DNA of 64,000 nucleotides. Origin: Rhabdothermincola salaria (GTDB lineage Bacteria > Actinomycetota > Acidimicrobiia > Acidimicrobiales > Acidimicrobilacustridaceae). Of this stretch, positions 48,992 to 61,949 are shown one piece after another. A program made the translations under genes and the position numbers. The notes beneath the pieces are model-generated. The model ran no database searches, was not told the origin of the DNA, and saw only the letters and a program-made list of their open reading frames with translations. The stretch lies in the NCBI RefSeq assembly GCF_021246445.1, contig NZ_JAJQXW010000001.1:620001-684000 (forward strand). Direction: 5' to 3'. The stretch's first letter is position 1; each line of letters opens with the position of its first letter.

Positions 48992-49303
48992 TCAGGGATG
49001 GACGCGGCGGCACTGGGTGAGGATGGCCCGCTCGGCGGCCTGGGTGCGCAGGTCGGCGAAGGACTGGTACTCGTCGCTGCGGATCATGTCCTCGAAGACC
49101 TCACGTGAGGGGTAGCGGACCACGGCGAGCACGTCGGGCACGAAGTCGTCCTGCACCGCCTTGTCGGCCACCAGGGCGTAGTCGAGGCCACCGCCGAGGC
49201 GCTCGACGAGGTCCATGGCTCGGGCGCCGTACTCGCCGTACTGGCGGCGCCCCTCCTGGCCCTTCAACCACAGTGCGTTGAACATGAAGATCTCGTCGCT
49301 CAC
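48992..49303 (-). CDS. DUF1330-like dimeric alpha/beta barrel protein
   Basis: MFNAL..Y.EYG...VVRYPSREVF..M..SDEYQ...R. Confidence 0.8.
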   Translation of the reverse strand: MSDEIFMFNALWLKGQEGRRQYGEYGARAMDLVERLGGGLDYALVADKAVQDDFVPDVLAVVRYPSREVFEDMIRSDEYQSFADLRTQAAERAILTQCRRVHP

Positions 49304-49547
49304 CGGTTCCCCCTCGTGTCGGTCGGTCGCTGCGAGTCTGGCCCAGCCGCTGGGACGCCTGCGTCTGGGTCCGGGAGCGATGGCACCGGATCGGCGGTGG
49401 CTGGGCCGCCGGCGTCCCAGCGAGAAGGCCCAGGTGGCAGCGGGCGACGAGCCTCGCTGGGGCCGTGGCGTTTGGCGGAAGGGGCGGGGGAGCGCGCTAG
49501 TGTGACCCTCCGCATCACGGGTGCCGCAGTACCCGATCGATGGCCAC

Positions 49548-49634
49548 GTCGGAGTGGCGGAATAGGCAGACGCGCTAGCTTGAGGGGCTAGTGCCCGAAA
49601 GGGCGTGGGGGTTCAAGTCCCCCCTCCGACACCA
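49548..49634 (+). tRNA. tRNA-Leu (anticodon GAG)
   Basis: Acceptor GTCGGAG/CTCCGAC; anticodon arm CTAGC-TTGAGGG-GCTAG; long variable arm; GGGGG-TTCAAGT-CCCCC; encoded CCA. Confidence 0.97.
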
Positions 49635-49761
49635 ACTAGGCAGACCGGGGCCGGAGTCTCCTCGCGAGAGCCGGTCTGGACGCCAGCTTGCCGGTGCTGC
49701 ACCGAGAGGCCGGAGTGGCCCCCGACCCCCCGACCCTCGTGTCACGTAGGAGCGAGAAGGC

Positions 49762-49977
49762 CGTATCGTTCGGGTGATGGTCGGGCATCCCGCACCCAAC
49801 CATGGCGTGAGCGCCGGCTGCACGGCCGACGCCTGCGGTGCCGGCGGGCGTTCTGTATGTCCCGCCAGGGAGAGAACCGGACCGGCCGGTTCACCGACGT
49901 GTGCTCCGCGTGCGCACCGACGCTGGTCGCCGACCGGGCCGCGCACCCGACGAGCCACGCCGAGTAGCCCCGCTGGC
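49762..49977 (+). pseudogene. Degenerate copy of the upstream region and 5' end of the Cys-rich gene at 59960
   Basis: Aligns by eye to 59916..60158, with a 28-bp deletion and a TCG->TAG stop. Confidence 0.88.
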
Positions 49978-50136
49978 CGCCGGAGCGTTGCGGCCACACT
50001 CCACGACGTGACGACATGGCATCCGGGGTTCGAGTCGAGGGGCGGCGGTGACGTGCACCGGGAGTGCGCCCCCGCTGCTCCGGCCATATAGCTCTTCATC
50101 GCACCGCTCCGGGCCACAGATCAGTGTCACCCAGGT

Positions 50137-50802
50137 CTAGGGAAGTCCGGGATTCGTTGAGATTCCCTCCTCGAGGGTGATCTCGTAGGTGCAGGTGTGG
50201 GCGCCCTCGGTCTTGTGGGTGACGCGTTCCACGGTTGCGCCGGGGATGAGGTCGCGGATGAAGTCGAGCTCGGCGGTACAGGCTTGTCGGTAGCGGTTGG
50301 CGACAGGCCAGATGGCGCAGCTGTGGAGGTTGATCCGGTAGCGGGTGTCGCTGAGTGCGTCGGCGTCGGCAAGGAAGCCCTGGGAGTCGAGTAGATCACT
50401 CAGGACTGCGACCTGTTCATCGACCGGTTTGCCCTGCAGCCGCTCCCTGGCCTCCTCGACGAGTCGATGGCGGCGTCGTTCGAAGACCCGGCCGACGAGC
50501 TCGGGGTCTTCTTCTTCGACGTGTTCGAGGAGCTCGATCGAGAGGCTGCCCTGGGTGCCGACGAACAGCGATTCGGTGAGCTCGGTGGCGTGGTACCTGT
50601 CGGCCGGGCGTCCGGGATGTCCGCGGTCTGGGCGCGCCGCGATGAGGCCGGCGGACCGGAGCGCGCTCAGGTGCTGTCGAACTGCGCTGGCGGAGATGTC
50701 GAGGGCACTGGCGAGTTCGTCGGCGGTCGCGTCGCCACGTCGCTTCAGGGCGACGAGAACTCGGCGTTGCGTCGGCGAGGGTGTGCCGTCGGTGCTGGCC
50801 AC
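50137..50802 (-). CDS. sufR: SufR-like HTH metalloregulator
   Basis: ArsR-like HTH (ISASAVRQHL..GRP); C-terminal C..C..C (HSCAI, ACTAE, HTCTY); divergent from the suf operon. Confidence 0.8.
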   Translation of the reverse strand: MASTDGTPSPTQRRVLVALKRRGDATADELASALDISASAVRQHLSALRSAGLIAARPDRGHPGRPADRYHATELTESLFVGTQGSLSIELLEHVEEEDPELVGRVFERRRHRLVEEARERLQGKPVDEQVAVLSDLLDSQGFLADADALSDTRYRINLHSCAIWPVANRYRQACTAELDFIRDLIPGATVERVTHKTEGAHTCTYEITLEEGISTNPGLP

Positions 50803-50947
50803 CGTCCGATGGTAGCGCGGCCACACCACCATCCACAGTTGTACAAGATGGAACTGGCGAAACTATGGTTACCGTGTAGCGTGCCGGGTCGAAAGTGAAC
50901 CAGCCCACCGGCGTTGCGTTCGGGCGACTGACAGAACAGGAACCACG

Positions 50948-51214
50948 ATGAAGGTCTGGATCGACCAGGATCTCTGTACCGGCGACGGATTGTGCGAGGA
51001 GATCGCCCCGGACGTCTTCTTCGGGATGGACGACGGGCTCTTCTATGTGAAGGAATCGGCGGACAACTTCGGCGCGGACAAGCTCTTCGACGGCGCGGCC
51101 AACCCCGCAGGGGCCGAGGGTATGGCTCGGATCCCCGACGGCGGGTTGGACCGGGTCGTCGAGGCGGCCGAGGAATGCCCCGGCGAGTGCATCTTCATCG
51201 AGGTGGACGGCTAG
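50948..51214 (+). CDS. Monocluster ferredoxin
   Basis: CTGDGLC...CPGECI. Confidence 0.93.
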   Translation: MKVWIDQDLCTGDGLCEEIAPDVFFGMDDGLFYVKESADNFGADKLFDGAANPAGAEGMARIPDGGLDRVVEAAEECPGECIFIEVDG

Positions 51215-51285
51215 TCCCCTCGCGGGAACGACTGGACGAGTGTCCCGGGTGGATCGACCGCCGGGTCACGTCAACGAAGGAGACG

Positions 51286-51642
51286 ATGGGAATGACGACG
51301 ACCGAACAACGAGCCCAACCGGTGATGATGCTCAGCGATGCCGCGTCCACGAAGGTCGCCCAGCTGCTCAGCGACATGGACGAAGAGGGGCTGGCTCTGC
51401 GCGTGGCGGTCCGAGCCGGCGGTTGCTCGGGGCTCTCCTACGAGATGTTCTTCGACACCGAGTCCCGTAGTGATGACCACGAGGTCACGTTCGGATCGGT
51501 GACGGTGAGGGTGGATGCCGAGAGTGCACCCCATCTCACCGGCGCCACGTTGAACTACAGCGACGGCCTGCAAGGCGAGGGGTTCAGCGTCGACAACCCG
51601 AACGCGCAGCGCAGCTGCGGGTGTGGGAAGTCGTTCGGGTGA
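51286..51642 (+). CDS. A-type Fe-S carrier (ErpA/IscA/SufA family)
   Basis: GGCSG and NPNA..SCGCGKSF; AAGGAG RBS. Confidence 0.93.
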   Translation: MGMTTTEQRAQPVMMLSDAASTKVAQLLSDMDEEGLALRVAVRAGGCSGLSYEMFFDTESRSDDHEVTFGSVTVRVDAESAPHLTGATLNYSDGLQGEGFSVDNPNAQRSCGCGKSFG

Positions 51643-51721
51643 CAGGCCGGCACGACTCGCACCGACCATCCACCGCCACGGACCTGTTCGCGGTCGGCGC
51701 CGGTGACGGAAGGGACTCTCG

Positions 51722-53936
<2,215 letters not shown>

Positions 53937-53940
<4 letters not shown>

Positions 53941-55154
53941 GCGTGGCCATCCTGCCGTCTCGCACGGTGGCGCTCGAGCAGCTCGGTTCGCTGAGTCTGC
54001 CGACCAGACGCGATGAGGCGTGGCGCTACGCACCGCACAAGGCATTGGGTCAGCTCACGTTCGGACCGGCCACGGCTCCCGATGTGGTGCCGGCCGTCGT
54101 CGACGGTCAGATCCCCCACATCGATGGTCCGCGACTCGTGATCGTCAACGGCGTCGTCGATCGTGAGCGGTCGAAGCTCGACGTCATGCCTGCCGGTGTC
54201 GAACTGGTCAGCATCGAAGGTGCATCCGGCGACCGTGCCGCTCGTGCGCTCGGGCGCGAACACGAGGAGCCAGAGGACGCGTTCTCGATCATCAACCGGG
54301 CCTACGGAACCGGCGGCGCACTGTTGCTGATCGATGGCCGCCCCGATGAGGTGATCCACATCGTTGACGTCGCGGTCCCGGATGGCGCACACAATGCTTC
54401 GGCCAGTCGCGTGGTGATCGAACTGGCAGCCGGGAGCTCGGCCACCGTGGTCGAGACCCGCATCGGGAGTGGCGACACGTTCGGCGGTTCCAACGTCCGC
54501 AGCGAGGTCTCACTCGCCACGGACGCGAGCCTCGAGCACATCATCCTCCAAGACCTCCCCGCCAGCCAGATCCACCTGGGTCGGGTGGATGTGGTCCAGG
54601 CCGCCGGCAGCACGCTTCGCGCCCGGCTCTTCAACCTGGGATCGGACTACGGCCGAGTCGCCTATCACGTCCTCCTCGCCGGCGAGGGCGCCCACGCCGA
54701 CCTGTCCGGGCTCTACTTCGGCTCAGGCCGACAGACCCTTGATCAGCAGATCACCGTGGTCCACGCCGCGAAGGACTGCACGAGCCGGCAGTCGTACCGC
54801 GGGGTGCTCGATGACGCCAGCACCGGCGTCTGGAACGGTGGCGTCGCGGTTCGTGCCGGTGCCGACGGGACCGACTCCGAGCAGTCCAACGACAATCTGT
54901 TGCTCTCCCGGCAAGCGGAGGTGAACTCGATGCCGAGACTCGAGATCCTTGCCGATGAGGTGTCGTGCCGGCACGGCGCCACCGTCGGCCAACTCGACGA
55001 AGCAGCGCTCTACTACATGCGTTCTCGTGGCATCCCCGCAGCCGAAGCCAGCCGACTGTTGGTCCACGGTTTCGCCGATCAGGTGATGGACACCCTGGAG
55101 AGTGAGGCGGTGCGATCCTGGATCACCGAGCGACTCGGGCGTGACGATGCGTGA
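53937..55154 (+). CDS. sufD: Fe-S cluster assembly protein SufD
   Basis: EAWRY; PRLEILADEVSCRHGATVG; YMRSRGI. Confidence 0.95.
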
Positions 55155-55719
55155 ATCGAAGGTCGCGATCGGCGGATCCCAGAGATTCACTCTCCCGCGC
55201 GACGTGAGGGCCACGATCATCCCGGCCGGCCACACCGCGGTGTTGCCGGCAGGCGAACGGGTCACCCTCGTGCAGGCACTCGGGGGAACGGCGACCGTCA
55301 CCACCCGTGAAGGAGAGATGGCCCGGCTGACCCGGGAGGATTCGGTCGACTTCGGCTTCGTCCAGCCGTCGCAGGAAGGCGACGGCGGCGAAGCGCCGAT
55401 CGGCGAGTTCAGCATCGAGGCCGTCTGGGAGGCGGCAGCGACGGTGTACGACCCGGAGATCCCCGTCGACATCGTCGAACTCGGCCTGGTCTACCGGATC
55501 GAACCATCCGATCTGCCGAGCGGTAACAAGCGGGTCGACATCGACATGTCGGTCACCGCACCGTTCTGCGGGATGGGTGACATCCTTCGCCGAGACCTCC
55601 ACGACGCGGTGGCTGCCCTGCCCGGCGTCGAAGTGGTCGAGGTCGTCCTGGTGTTCGACCCCCCGTGGGACGCCTCGCGCCTGTCCGACGTCGCGCGGCT
55701 CGAACTGGGGATGATGTGA
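55147..55719 (+). CDS. sufT: SufT (long form, DUF59)
   Basis: QALGG N-domain; VYDPEIPVDIVELGLVY, TAPFCGMG and FDPPW motifs. Confidence 0.9.
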   Translation: MRESKVAIGGSQRFTLPRDVRATIIPAGHTAVLPAGERVTLVQALGGTATVTTREGEMARLTREDSVDFGFVQPSQEGDGGEAPIGEFSIEAVWEAAATVYDPEIPVDIVELGLVYRIEPSDLPSGNKRVDIDMSVTAPFCGMGDILRRDLHDAVAALPGVEVVEVVLVFDPPWDASRLSDVARLELGMM

Positions 55720-55807
55720 CCGACCCAACGGCCGACACCGCCACCGATCTCGGCGCGGCCGGCCCGAGCGGGTCTGTGACCCGGAGTGGGACGAGTCACT
55801 TGGGTCT

Positions 55808-56551
55808 GTGCGGTTTGGTGCGCGGCGGCTCGGTGTTGACACGGGCTGTGGGCGGGTCGTGTACCTCTCCCTCGCCGACGCTGCACTCGCGTCGTTCTTC
55901 CAGGCAACGGTCGGCGCCGCCGGCGGCGAACTCGGCGACTACTGGCTCGTGGGAGCCGGCGCGAAGTCGACCGAAGTGGAGACTTGGTTCCTGCTCAACG
56001 CCGGCGGCCGAGCGCTTGGTCTCATGCTCATCGGCGTGGCCCTCTACCGACTCGGCATCGTCCAAGGCGAACGCAACAACGCGTACTATCGCCGGCTTGC
56101 AGCCTGGGGTATCGGGGCCGGCGCCGCTGTCACTTCAGTCGGTTCTGTGCTCCACATCGCCACCGACTGGTCCGTCGACTACGCCCTCACCGGCACCATC
56201 CCTACCGGGCTCGGCACCATCCCCACGGCGCTCGGCTACATGGCCGCCATCATCCTGTGGAACCGCAGCAGCAGCCGCTAACTCGAACGCTTCCGCAACG
56301 CCGGCCGCATGGCGCTCACCAACTACCTCACCCAGACCGTCATCGGGCTGACGACGCTGGGCTGGTTGCTCGGTGACGTCGACCTCACCCGCACCATGAT
56401 CGCCGGCTGGATCCTCGCCGTCTGGGCCCTGCAGCTCTGGTGGTCGACTTGGTGGCTCGACCGCTTCCGCTACGGGCCCTTCGAATGGGCCTGGCGATGC
56501 GCCACCTACCGGACATGGCAATCACTCCGGAGGCCACACGCCGTCGCCTGA
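55808..56551 (+). pseudogene. 5'-truncated DUF418 membrane protein with an internal stop
   Basis: In-frame TAA at 56279-81; [11 protein letters not shown] and [11 protein letters not shown] motifs. Confidence 0.85.
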
Positions 56552-56709
56552 ACCAACGTTCGCAGAGCCATGACCGTCGCAGACCCATCCTGGGTCTGAC
56601 ACTCAATCGAAGTCGATCGGGCCCAGGCGCTGCACAGCGTGCGCTCGGCAATCCGCTCGCTTTCGGGTTCAGAGCGTTGCGTAGCGGCACGAGTGCAGTA
56701 CTCGGGGAG

Positions 56710-56738
56710 GTGAGTTCAAGCCCCCTCCTGGCCCGCCA
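56710..56738 (+). other. Degenerate tRNA 3'-end-like sequence (possible att remnant)
   Basis: GTTCAAGCCCCCTCCTGGCCCGCCA versus tRNA-Leu GTTCAAGTCCCCCCTCCGACACCA. Confidence 0.45.
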
Positions 56739-56837
56739 CGTCAGGGGTCGGCTGCAGCGGCCGCCCGGCGCTTCTCGGATCAGCGTTGGGGGCGCTGCCA
56801 GGCCCTTTCCGCCCCGTCATTCCGCGAGCGATGAGTG

Positions 56838-56853
56838 TTACGGTATACCGGAA
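56838..56853 (+). promoter_or_regulatory. Palindromic operator candidate upstream of the TA pair
   Basis: TTaCGGTATACCGgAA (perfect 10-bp core) ~18 bp before the ATG. Confidence 0.55.
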
Positions 56854-56870
56854 GGTGAGGGAGGCGAACG

Positions 56871-57452
56871 ATGACGCTTGCAAGCGCACTACTCAAGCAG
56901 GCGCGCATCTCAGCGGGTGCGTCCTGTCGTGGCCTTGCCCGTCGGGCGCAGGTTGCTCCCGCTCGCATCTCCGAGATCGAGCACGCCAAGCATGACCCCG
57001 GCGTCGGTACCCTTGAGCACACGCTCGGTGCGATCGGTTGGCAACTGGCCGCTCTACCCACCCGGGCCCCCACCGCCGCCGCAGTCGCCCTCGCCATCTC
57101 GGACGGGGCTGCTCCTGGCCACCCGGCCGGCGACTCGGACGCCGCGTTCCGGGCGCTCCTCGCGCTGTCCGACGGCCTCGCATCGGTCGACGCTGCCACC
57201 CGGATCGCCCTGTGCGTGGCGCCCCCTCCGCCCACGGGTGACCAGCGCATCGACGCGGCCATCGCCGCCATCGTCGAGTACCACCTCGAGGGCGCAGGAG
57301 TCCTCCCCGAGTGGGTGGACGGCCCCGGCCGCGTGCTCACCGAAGCTTGGATCCCCGACCCCTACGCCGGGCCGGACATCGTCGACGAGGCCCCCCAGGC
57401 GTTCCGTCGCCACGGTGTGCTGCTGGCCGAAGCCGAGCTCGCCAGCGTCTGA
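56871..57452 (+). CDS. XRE-family HTH protein, probable antitoxin
   Basis: LKQARISAG...LARRAQV..ARISEIE..KHDP; C-terminal PQAFRRHGV. Confidence 0.8.
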   Translation: MTLASALLKQARISAGASCRGLARRAQVAPARISEIEHAKHDPGVGTLEHTLGAIGWQLAALPTRAPTAAAVALAISDGAAPGHPAGDSDAAFRALLALSDGLASVDAATRIALCVAPPPPTGDQRIDAAIAAIVEYHLEGAGVLPEWVDGPGRVLTEAWIPDPYAGPDIVDEAPQAFRRHGVLLAEAELASV

Positions 57453-57973
57453 TGGCCGTCACCCTCGGCCGTGACGACATCATCTCGGCGCTGGACGAGC
57501 TCGTCGATGCCCTCGCCGAGTCCGGCGCACGCAGCCAGATCCATCTCATCGGCGGTGCAGCCATCACCATCGCGTACAGCCGGGCAGTCACCACCACCGA
57601 TGTCGACGCGTTCTACGGGGGCGACGTGGCGGTCTGCGAAGCCGTCAAGGACATCGCCGCTCGCCGCGGATGGCCCGAGAACTGGCTCAACGACCGGGCG
57701 AACCAGTTCCGGTCCCATTTCGAGCAGCCTGACGACTGGATGGAGCTGACGGTCAACGACGGCGTGGTCGTGCGGGTCGCGAGCGCACGACTCCTGCTCG
57801 CCATGAAGCTCCTCGCCGCCCGGGGACGTCGCGACTCCGATGACATCGACGTCCTCCTCGACGCGTGCGGCATCACGAGCCTGGACGAAGCCCTGGAGAT
57901 CTACGAGCGGTACTACCCGGAAGAGGACCTCAAGCCTCGAGCCAGGCGGCAACTCGAGCGTCGACTGGGGTGA
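57452..57973 (+). CDS. Nucleotidyltransferase toxin-like protein (DUF6036/AbiEii/MenT-like)
   Basis: IGGAAI...TTDVD, NWLND and LLAMKL.A.R..RDSDD motifs; coupled to the HTH gene. Confidence 0.8.
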   Translation: MAVTLGRDDIISALDELVDALAESGARSQIHLIGGAAITIAYSRAVTTTDVDAFYGGDVAVCEAVKDIAARRGWPENWLNDRANQFRSHFEQPDDWMELTVNDGVVVRVASARLLLAMKLLAARGRRDSDDIDVLLDACGITSLDEALEIYERYYPEEDLKPRARRQLERRLG

Positions 57974-58396
57974 GGCCTCCCCTTGACACTTCACCCGTCG
58001 TCTGGCTCGCCCCGACCGAACACAACCGGTTGTCGAGATGTCCAGCCGATCGGGGTGGCGGGAGGACGGACTTGACGGACCGGAGGCCAACTGAAGCAGG
58101 GTCTCCGACCTCCCGTTCCCGGCGGCGGGCGGAAGGTCGTGCCGTCCTACGTGACCGTGTACTGCGCCGTCCCGAGCAGTCGTCGGGTCGCAGCGCGCCT
58201 CGCTCCTCCGACACCACCGGGTGGGTTCGTCCTACCCGACGCTGGACCGGCGCTCAGCGCCGGTTGTAGCTGCTGGAAGTCCTGAGGACGATCGTGCGCG
58301 CTTCGAGGAAGTCGGCATGGAACTGGCTGCTGAGGTGTTCCCGAACACCTCGCTGATCACGTCCACGGGCTACGCAGCGATCGCTGAGGATCTCGT

Positions 58397-59470
58397 TCAG
58401 CCGGTGAAGCGGGGAGTGACCTCGGCGAGGGCCGGGGACGGCTCGGCAGGCTTCGACGAGACGGTCTGGACCGGCGGCTCGATGGGCTCGATGGGCTCGA
58501 TCGGCGGGATCGGTGGGATCGGCGGGTCGACCGGCGCGTCGGGATCCTCGAACAGCTCTGGGACGTGGATGGCGATCCAGTCGAGGTGGCTGCTCACCCG
58601 GGTGTACACCTCGGGATAGTCGATCCACCCACAGGGAACCTCGTTCCAGCTGGCGATGCCGGCCAGGGCCCACTCACCGCCCTGGCGGACCACCAGCGGC
58701 CCCCCGCTGTCACCACCGCAGGCATTGACCCAGGTCCCGGGACCCAGTGGAGACTCACCGAACGCGCACACCATGGTCTCGGGCAGGTAGAAGAAGCCGT
58801 CCTCGTCGGGCTGGTCGAGGGTGGGAAGGGACCGGCAGGTGGGGGAGTCGGGTCCGGCCGCCACCGCCACGTCGCCCTGGCGCAGGAAGGTCGGGGATGA
58901 CAACGTCTCGGTCACGCCCCATCCGAGCACCCGAGCCGGGGTGCCCAGCTCGAGCCGGGTGCCGGCCGCCACCAGCGCCAGCGTCGGTACCGAGGCGTTC
59001 CGCGACGGGTCGGCCAGCTGCACCAGGGCGATGTCGTGGTTGGGGCCCGTCGCCCGGTCCCAGTCAGGGTGGATGACGATCGAGGCGACGGCCTGACGAT
59101 CCGCAGAGGTCATGAGCTCCAGGTCGGGTTGGCCGACCACGATCTCGAACTGTTCCGGGCCGGAGAGGAAGTCCATGCAGTGGGCGGCGGTCAGCACCCA
59201 CCCGGGGGCGATGAGCGACCCGGCGCAGAACTGTCCCAGCACGGGGTCGGGTTGGTCGACCTCGGCGAAGAGCGGGCTGACGATCCAGGGGTAGGCGTCG
59301 GCCGAGGGCACCGGTTCGCCGTGCGCGATCTGCGGTGACAGGCCTGCAGGGGTGTCGGCGCCGTCGGCGCGGGCCGAACCCGGTGCCGTCATCCCCACCA
59401 CAGCCAGCGAGAAGGCCAGAGCGACGGCCACGACGGCAGGCCACCGGTCGCTGCTCAGGGGATGGAGCAC
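58397..59470 (-). CDS. Secreted S1 (trypsin-fold) serine protease with C-terminal VTPRFTG
   Basis: Signal peptide; IAHG, VLTAAHC, HDIAL and GDSGGP; Pro-rich linker. Confidence 0.92.
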   Translation of the reverse strand: MLHPLSSDRWPAVVAVALAFSLAVVGMTAPGSARADGADTPAGLSPQIAHGEPVPSADAYPWIVSPLFAEVDQPDPVLGQFCAGSLIAPGWVLTAAHCMDFLSGPEQFEIVVGQPDLELMTSADRQAVASIVIHPDWDRATGPNHDIALVQLADPSRNASVPTLALVAAGTRLELGTPARVLGWGVTETLSSPTFLRQGDVAVAAGPDSPTCRSLPTLDQPDEDGFFYLPETMVCAFGESPLGPGTWVNACGGDSGGPLVVRQGGEWALAGIASWNEVPCGWIDYPEVYTRVSSHLDWIAIHVPELFEDPDAPVDPPIPPIPPIEPIEPIEPPVQTVSSKPAEPSPALAEVTPRFTG

Positions 59471-59959
59471 GAGATCAACGTACCGGTGGGTTCCTGGGCG
59501 GTCACCGGCCGAAGGTCACGAGTGCCCGCCATGAGTGCCCCGCACCGGCCGGGGGCACCGGGGCGCGAGTGCCTCGACCATGGACGACCACGAGCTGGTC
59601 CGGACCCGGCTCGTCGCCCGGTCACCCGCTCATCCGGCCAAGCGCGATCTCGGCGACCTGGGCCGAGGTGGCCCTGTCGTCATCGCCGCGGGCGACCATG
59701 ACCTGCAGGTACCAGTCCTTGCCCTCGATCGAGCTCGCTGGAGGCCGGCGCTCGCTCTGGTCTCGACGACGTCGTGCGCCGTGGCGAGCGCGGGGTCGAG
59801 CCGTTCGGGAAGGTCGGGCCCTTCATGCTCGACCTGCTGGAGTGAGCCAATCGCTGGGGCCGTCCGCTCGGACACGCCGGCCAGCCGCGCCAGTGTGGCC
59901 CGGACACGCGGCCGACGTATCGTGCGGACGATGTCGGGCACCCTCCACCCAACGATGGC

Positions 59960-60505
59960 GTGAGCGCGGGCTGCACGGTCGACGCCTGTGGTGTCGCCGC
60001 CATCGGCCGCTGCCGGCGGTGCCGACAGGCGTTCTGCATGTCCCACCAGGGAGAGAACCAGACCCGTCGGTTCACCGACGTGTGCTCCGAGTGCGCACCC
60101 AGGCTGGTCGCCGACCGGGCGGCCCACCCGACGAGCCACGCCGAGTCGCCCCGCTGGCTGCTGCAGAACCGCGGCCTCGAGTTGCTCCGCAACGCCGGCG
60201 TGGCTCCGGACGAGCTGGTGCGGACCGTCGTCACGTCGCGCCTCTCGCTGCTGGGCAGCCGGGAACGAGTCCGCTACGAACCGGTCGGTCACGCCTACGT
60301 CCTCGGCTCCTTCGAATGGGTCGACGACGCCGGTCACCACGAGCACTGGTCGACCGGGCTGCGCCAGGGGCCGCGGGCACGACCAGGCTGGGGTGAGACG
60401 GTGCGGTTGCGGATCACCCCCGGCGGGTGGGAGATCGTCGACGGGGGTCGCCTCGTCGACGAAGCGGGGGCCGCCGCCGCGTTGCGACAACACGTCAGGA
60501 CATGA
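59960..60505 (+). CDS. Hypothetical protein with an N-terminal Cys/His zinc-finger-like cluster
   Basis: C..DAC...CRRC...C..H...CSEC. Confidence 0.7.
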   Translation: MSAGCTVDACGVAAIGRCRRCRQAFCMSHQGENQTRRFTDVCSECAPRLVADRAAHPTSHAESPRWLLQNRGLELLRNAGVAPDELVRTVVTSRLSLLGSRERVRYEPVGHAYVLGSFEWVDDAGHHEHWSTGLRQGPRARPGWGETVRLRITPGGWEIVDGGRLVDEAGAAAALRQHVRT

Positions 60506-60722
60506 CGGCAGGGCACCCGCAGAGGTGACGTCCCGCCAGCCGAATGGGCGAACCCCGATGCTGATGGTGACGCCGCCCGGTTTGACCCGTCACCGGCACC
60601 CACCCACCCTGGTCCGGGCCTGCCGGGCGACCGGTGGTGACCGCTCTGGGCCGCATCCCCTGCTCGACGAGCCACCGGCGCCGGAGGCTTCGACCGCCGA
60701 GACCGAGAGGGCATTGCGCAGC

Positions 60723-61949
60723 ATGGCTGAGAAGGACCCCACCAAGGGCTACGTGGCGTTGTTGGGCTGGTCCCTGAGCGCCATCGACGCCGCCGAGAAC
60801 TTCGACCGTCGCTATGTGGTGGTGGCCCCCGAGTGGGCCCGTGAGTTCGCCGAGGCCAACGACATCCCGTTCCTGGCGTGGGACTTCGAGCGGCTCAACG
60901 ACCGTTCCATGGAGGTCGCCACCACGCTGAAGGACATGGGCGTGGACGTGACGATCCCCCTGTTCGAGGAGACCGTCGAGTGGGCCGGCGCCATCAACGC
61001 CGTGCTGTTCGGCAGCCCGCGACTGCACGGTCAGGCGGTGCTGTTCCGGGACAAGGCCCTGATGAAGCGAAGGGCGCAGCTCGGCGGCATCCGGGTCGGC
61101 ATCTTCGAAGAGGCCCACGATCACGGCGACGTGGTCCGCTTCCTCAAGCGGGTGAACCAGACGCTGCTCAAACTCGACGGCGACCCCAACGACCCCGTGC
61201 ACCTCAAGGCCTTCGACAAGGCGGGCTGCCTGGGTCACCGGGTGATCCGCACCCCCGACGAGGTCGACCTCATCCCCGACATCGACTTCCCGCTGCTGAT
61301 GGAGAGCCACCTCGACGGGTGGGAGTTCGCGGTCGAGGCCTGGATCCACGACGGCAAGATCCGCTTCCTGAACATCTCGGAGTACGTCACGTTGGGCTAC
61401 TCGGTGTTCGTGCCCGCCTCCCCGGAGCTGGAAGCCTGGCGGGAGCGCGTCACCGAGGAGATCGAGAAGCTCATCAAGACCTTCGAGATCGACTTCGGGC
61501 TGATCCACCCGGAGTACTTCGTCACCAGCGACGGGACGATGTACTTCGGGGAGGTGGCCTTCCGGCCGCCGGGGTTCAAGGTGCTCGAGCTGCTCGAGCG
61601 CGTCTACGGTTTCAACGGCTACCAGGCCCTCATCATGTGCTTCGACCCCACGACCACCGAAGAAGAGGTCGCCGCCTTCTTCCCACGGGAGGTGGTCGAC
61701 GCCGACGGCTTCGCCGGGTGCTTCGGCGTGTACCCGCGCCAACGAGTGGTCAGCCAGCTCGATCTCCCCGAAGAGACGGTGCAGCACCCCTACTTCGAGT
61801 CCCACGAGTTGGTCTCGCCGCTCGAGTCCAAGGTGACCAAGCGCACCGCGTTCGGCACCCACTGGGGCCTCGTCTACTTCACCGGGGACGACCCGATCGT
61901 GATGCGAGAGCTGCTGAAGCACCAGGAGGATCTCGACTTCTATGTCTGA
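60723..61949 (+). CDS. ATP-grasp carboxylate-amine ligase
   Basis: FRDKALMK, LKAFDKAGC.G, LMESHLDG.EF and IHPEYF...GEVAFRPPG motifs. Confidence 0.85.
   Translation: MAEKDPTKGYVALLGWSLSAIDAAENFDRRYVVVAPEWAREFAEANDIPFLAWDFERLNDRSMEVATTLKDMGVDVTIPLFEETVEWAGAINAVLFGSPRLHGQAVLFRDKALMKRRAQLGGIRVGIFEEAHDHGDVVRFLKRVNQTLLKLDGDPNDPVHLKAFDKAGCLGHRVIRTPDEVDLIPDIDFPLLMESHLDGWEFAVEAWIHDGKIRFLNISEYVTLGYSVFVPASPELEAWRERVTEEIEKLIKTFEIDFGLIHPEYFVTSDGTMYFGEVAFRPPGFKVLELLERVYGFNGYQALIMCFDPTTTEEEVAAFFPREVVDADGFAGCFGVYPRQRVVSQLDLPEETVQHPYFESHELVSPLESKVTKRTAFGTHWGLVYFTGDDPIVMRELLKHQEDLDFYV

Noticed and set aside
56279..56281. Programmed readthrough in the DUF418 gene
   Set aside because: The stop is TAA and the gene is also 5'-truncated; simple decay is more likely
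59620..59850. Minus-strand coding-like fragment (IEGKDWYLQVMVARG...IALGRMSG*)
   Set aside because: No start and frameshifted; probably a remnant, identity unsupported
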